Shown here piece after piece: positions 53,295 to 53,654 of a stretch of 53,654 nt of DNA. A model generated the notes under the pieces. It was not told where the DNA came from, searched no databases, and worked only from the letters and a program-made list of their open reading frames with translations. Source of the DNA: an uncultured Alphaproteobacteria bacterium. GTDB taxonomy: Bacteria; Pseudomonadota; Alphaproteobacteria; Rhizobiales; JACESI01. The stretch lies in NCBI GenBank assembly GCA_938034375.1, contig CALHLB010000081.1, positions 1 to 53,654 on the forward strand. Reading direction: 5' to 3'. The stretch's first letter is position 1. Every line of letters begins with the position of its first letter. The translations under genes and the position numbers were made by a program.

Positions 53295-53654
53295 TTAATC
53301 GTCACGATAAACTTTTTCACGCTTTTCGTGGCGTTCTTGTGCTTCCAGTGAGAGGGTTGCAACGGGGCGCGCTTCAAGTCTACCAACACCTATTGGCTCC
53401 CCAGTTTCTTCACAATAACCGTAGGTGGCATCCTCAATACGGGCAAGAGCTGCATCGATTTTTGATATTAATTTGCGTTGACGATCCCGCGCCCTAAGCT
53501 CAACCGAACGATCTGCCTCTGAAGAAGCTCTATCGGCAATATCGGGGTGGTTTTGGCTTTCTTTTTGAAGAGCCTCCAATGTTCCCTTGGATTCTTCAAG
53601 AATTTCATTTTTCCAGGCTAAAAGCTTGTCTTGAAAGTACTTTACTTGACGAGG
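53295..53654 (-). CDS. dksA: RNA polymerase-binding protein DksA (5' end outside the window)
   Basis: PRQVKYFQDKLLAWK..., DIADRASSE, RARDRQRKLISKID.AL, YGYCEETGEPIG. Confidence 0.95.
   Translation of the reverse strand, partial: PRQVKYFQDKLLAWKNEILEESKGTLEALQKESQNHPDIADRASSEADRSVELRARDRQRKLISKIDAALARIEDATYGYCEETGEPIGVGRLEARPVATLSLEAQERHEKREKVYRDD

Noticed and set aside
52043-53654. flgI missing after flgH
   Set aside because: In Caulobacter-type clusters flgI lies beyond dksA/fliX, so it is probably just outside the window.
53295-53654. DksA lacking the four-Cys zinc finger
   Set aside because: Normal for alphaproteobacterial DksA.
1-53654. CRISPR arrays, tRNA/rRNA genes, prophage or integrase genes
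   Set aside because: None recognised by eye; no regularly spaced repeats seen.

Overview
Low-GC (~40%) chromosomal segment of an alphaproteobacterium, most likely a Hyphomicrobiales/Rhizobiales lineage. Evidence: ATPase zeta subunit, CckA, single-Cys DksA, GAAC-N7-GTAC SOS box and CtrA boxes. The conserved backbone runs etfQO-udg-rpe-purB-purCSQL-bolA-grxD-ttcA-rpsD-murI-trmJ-icd-alaS-recA-cckA, then a Caulobacter/Bradyrhizobium-type flagellar cluster (flhB fliR fliQ fliE flgC flgB | fliO fliP | TPR motE DUF6468 fliM fliL | flgF flgG flgA flgH) and dksA. Small accessory inserts interrupt it: an IS1 end, a YceI-cytochrome c fusion, an ECF sigma/SnoaL pair, glucosylglycerate genes plus a radical SAM gene, TadG-vWA, and three disrupted genes. 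The most striking unexplained signal is at the RNA level. The 5' leaders of flgF and flgB each fold into two hairpins with (U)GGGGA loops. The 3' trailer of the flgFGAH operon folds into two hairpins with complementary UCCC(C)AA loops just before the terminator. G-U wobbles place all six hairpins on the mRNA strand. This suggests a loop-loop (kissing) or anti-SD 3'UTR-RNA circuit controlling basal-body genes. All calls come from reading the sequence; no searches were run.
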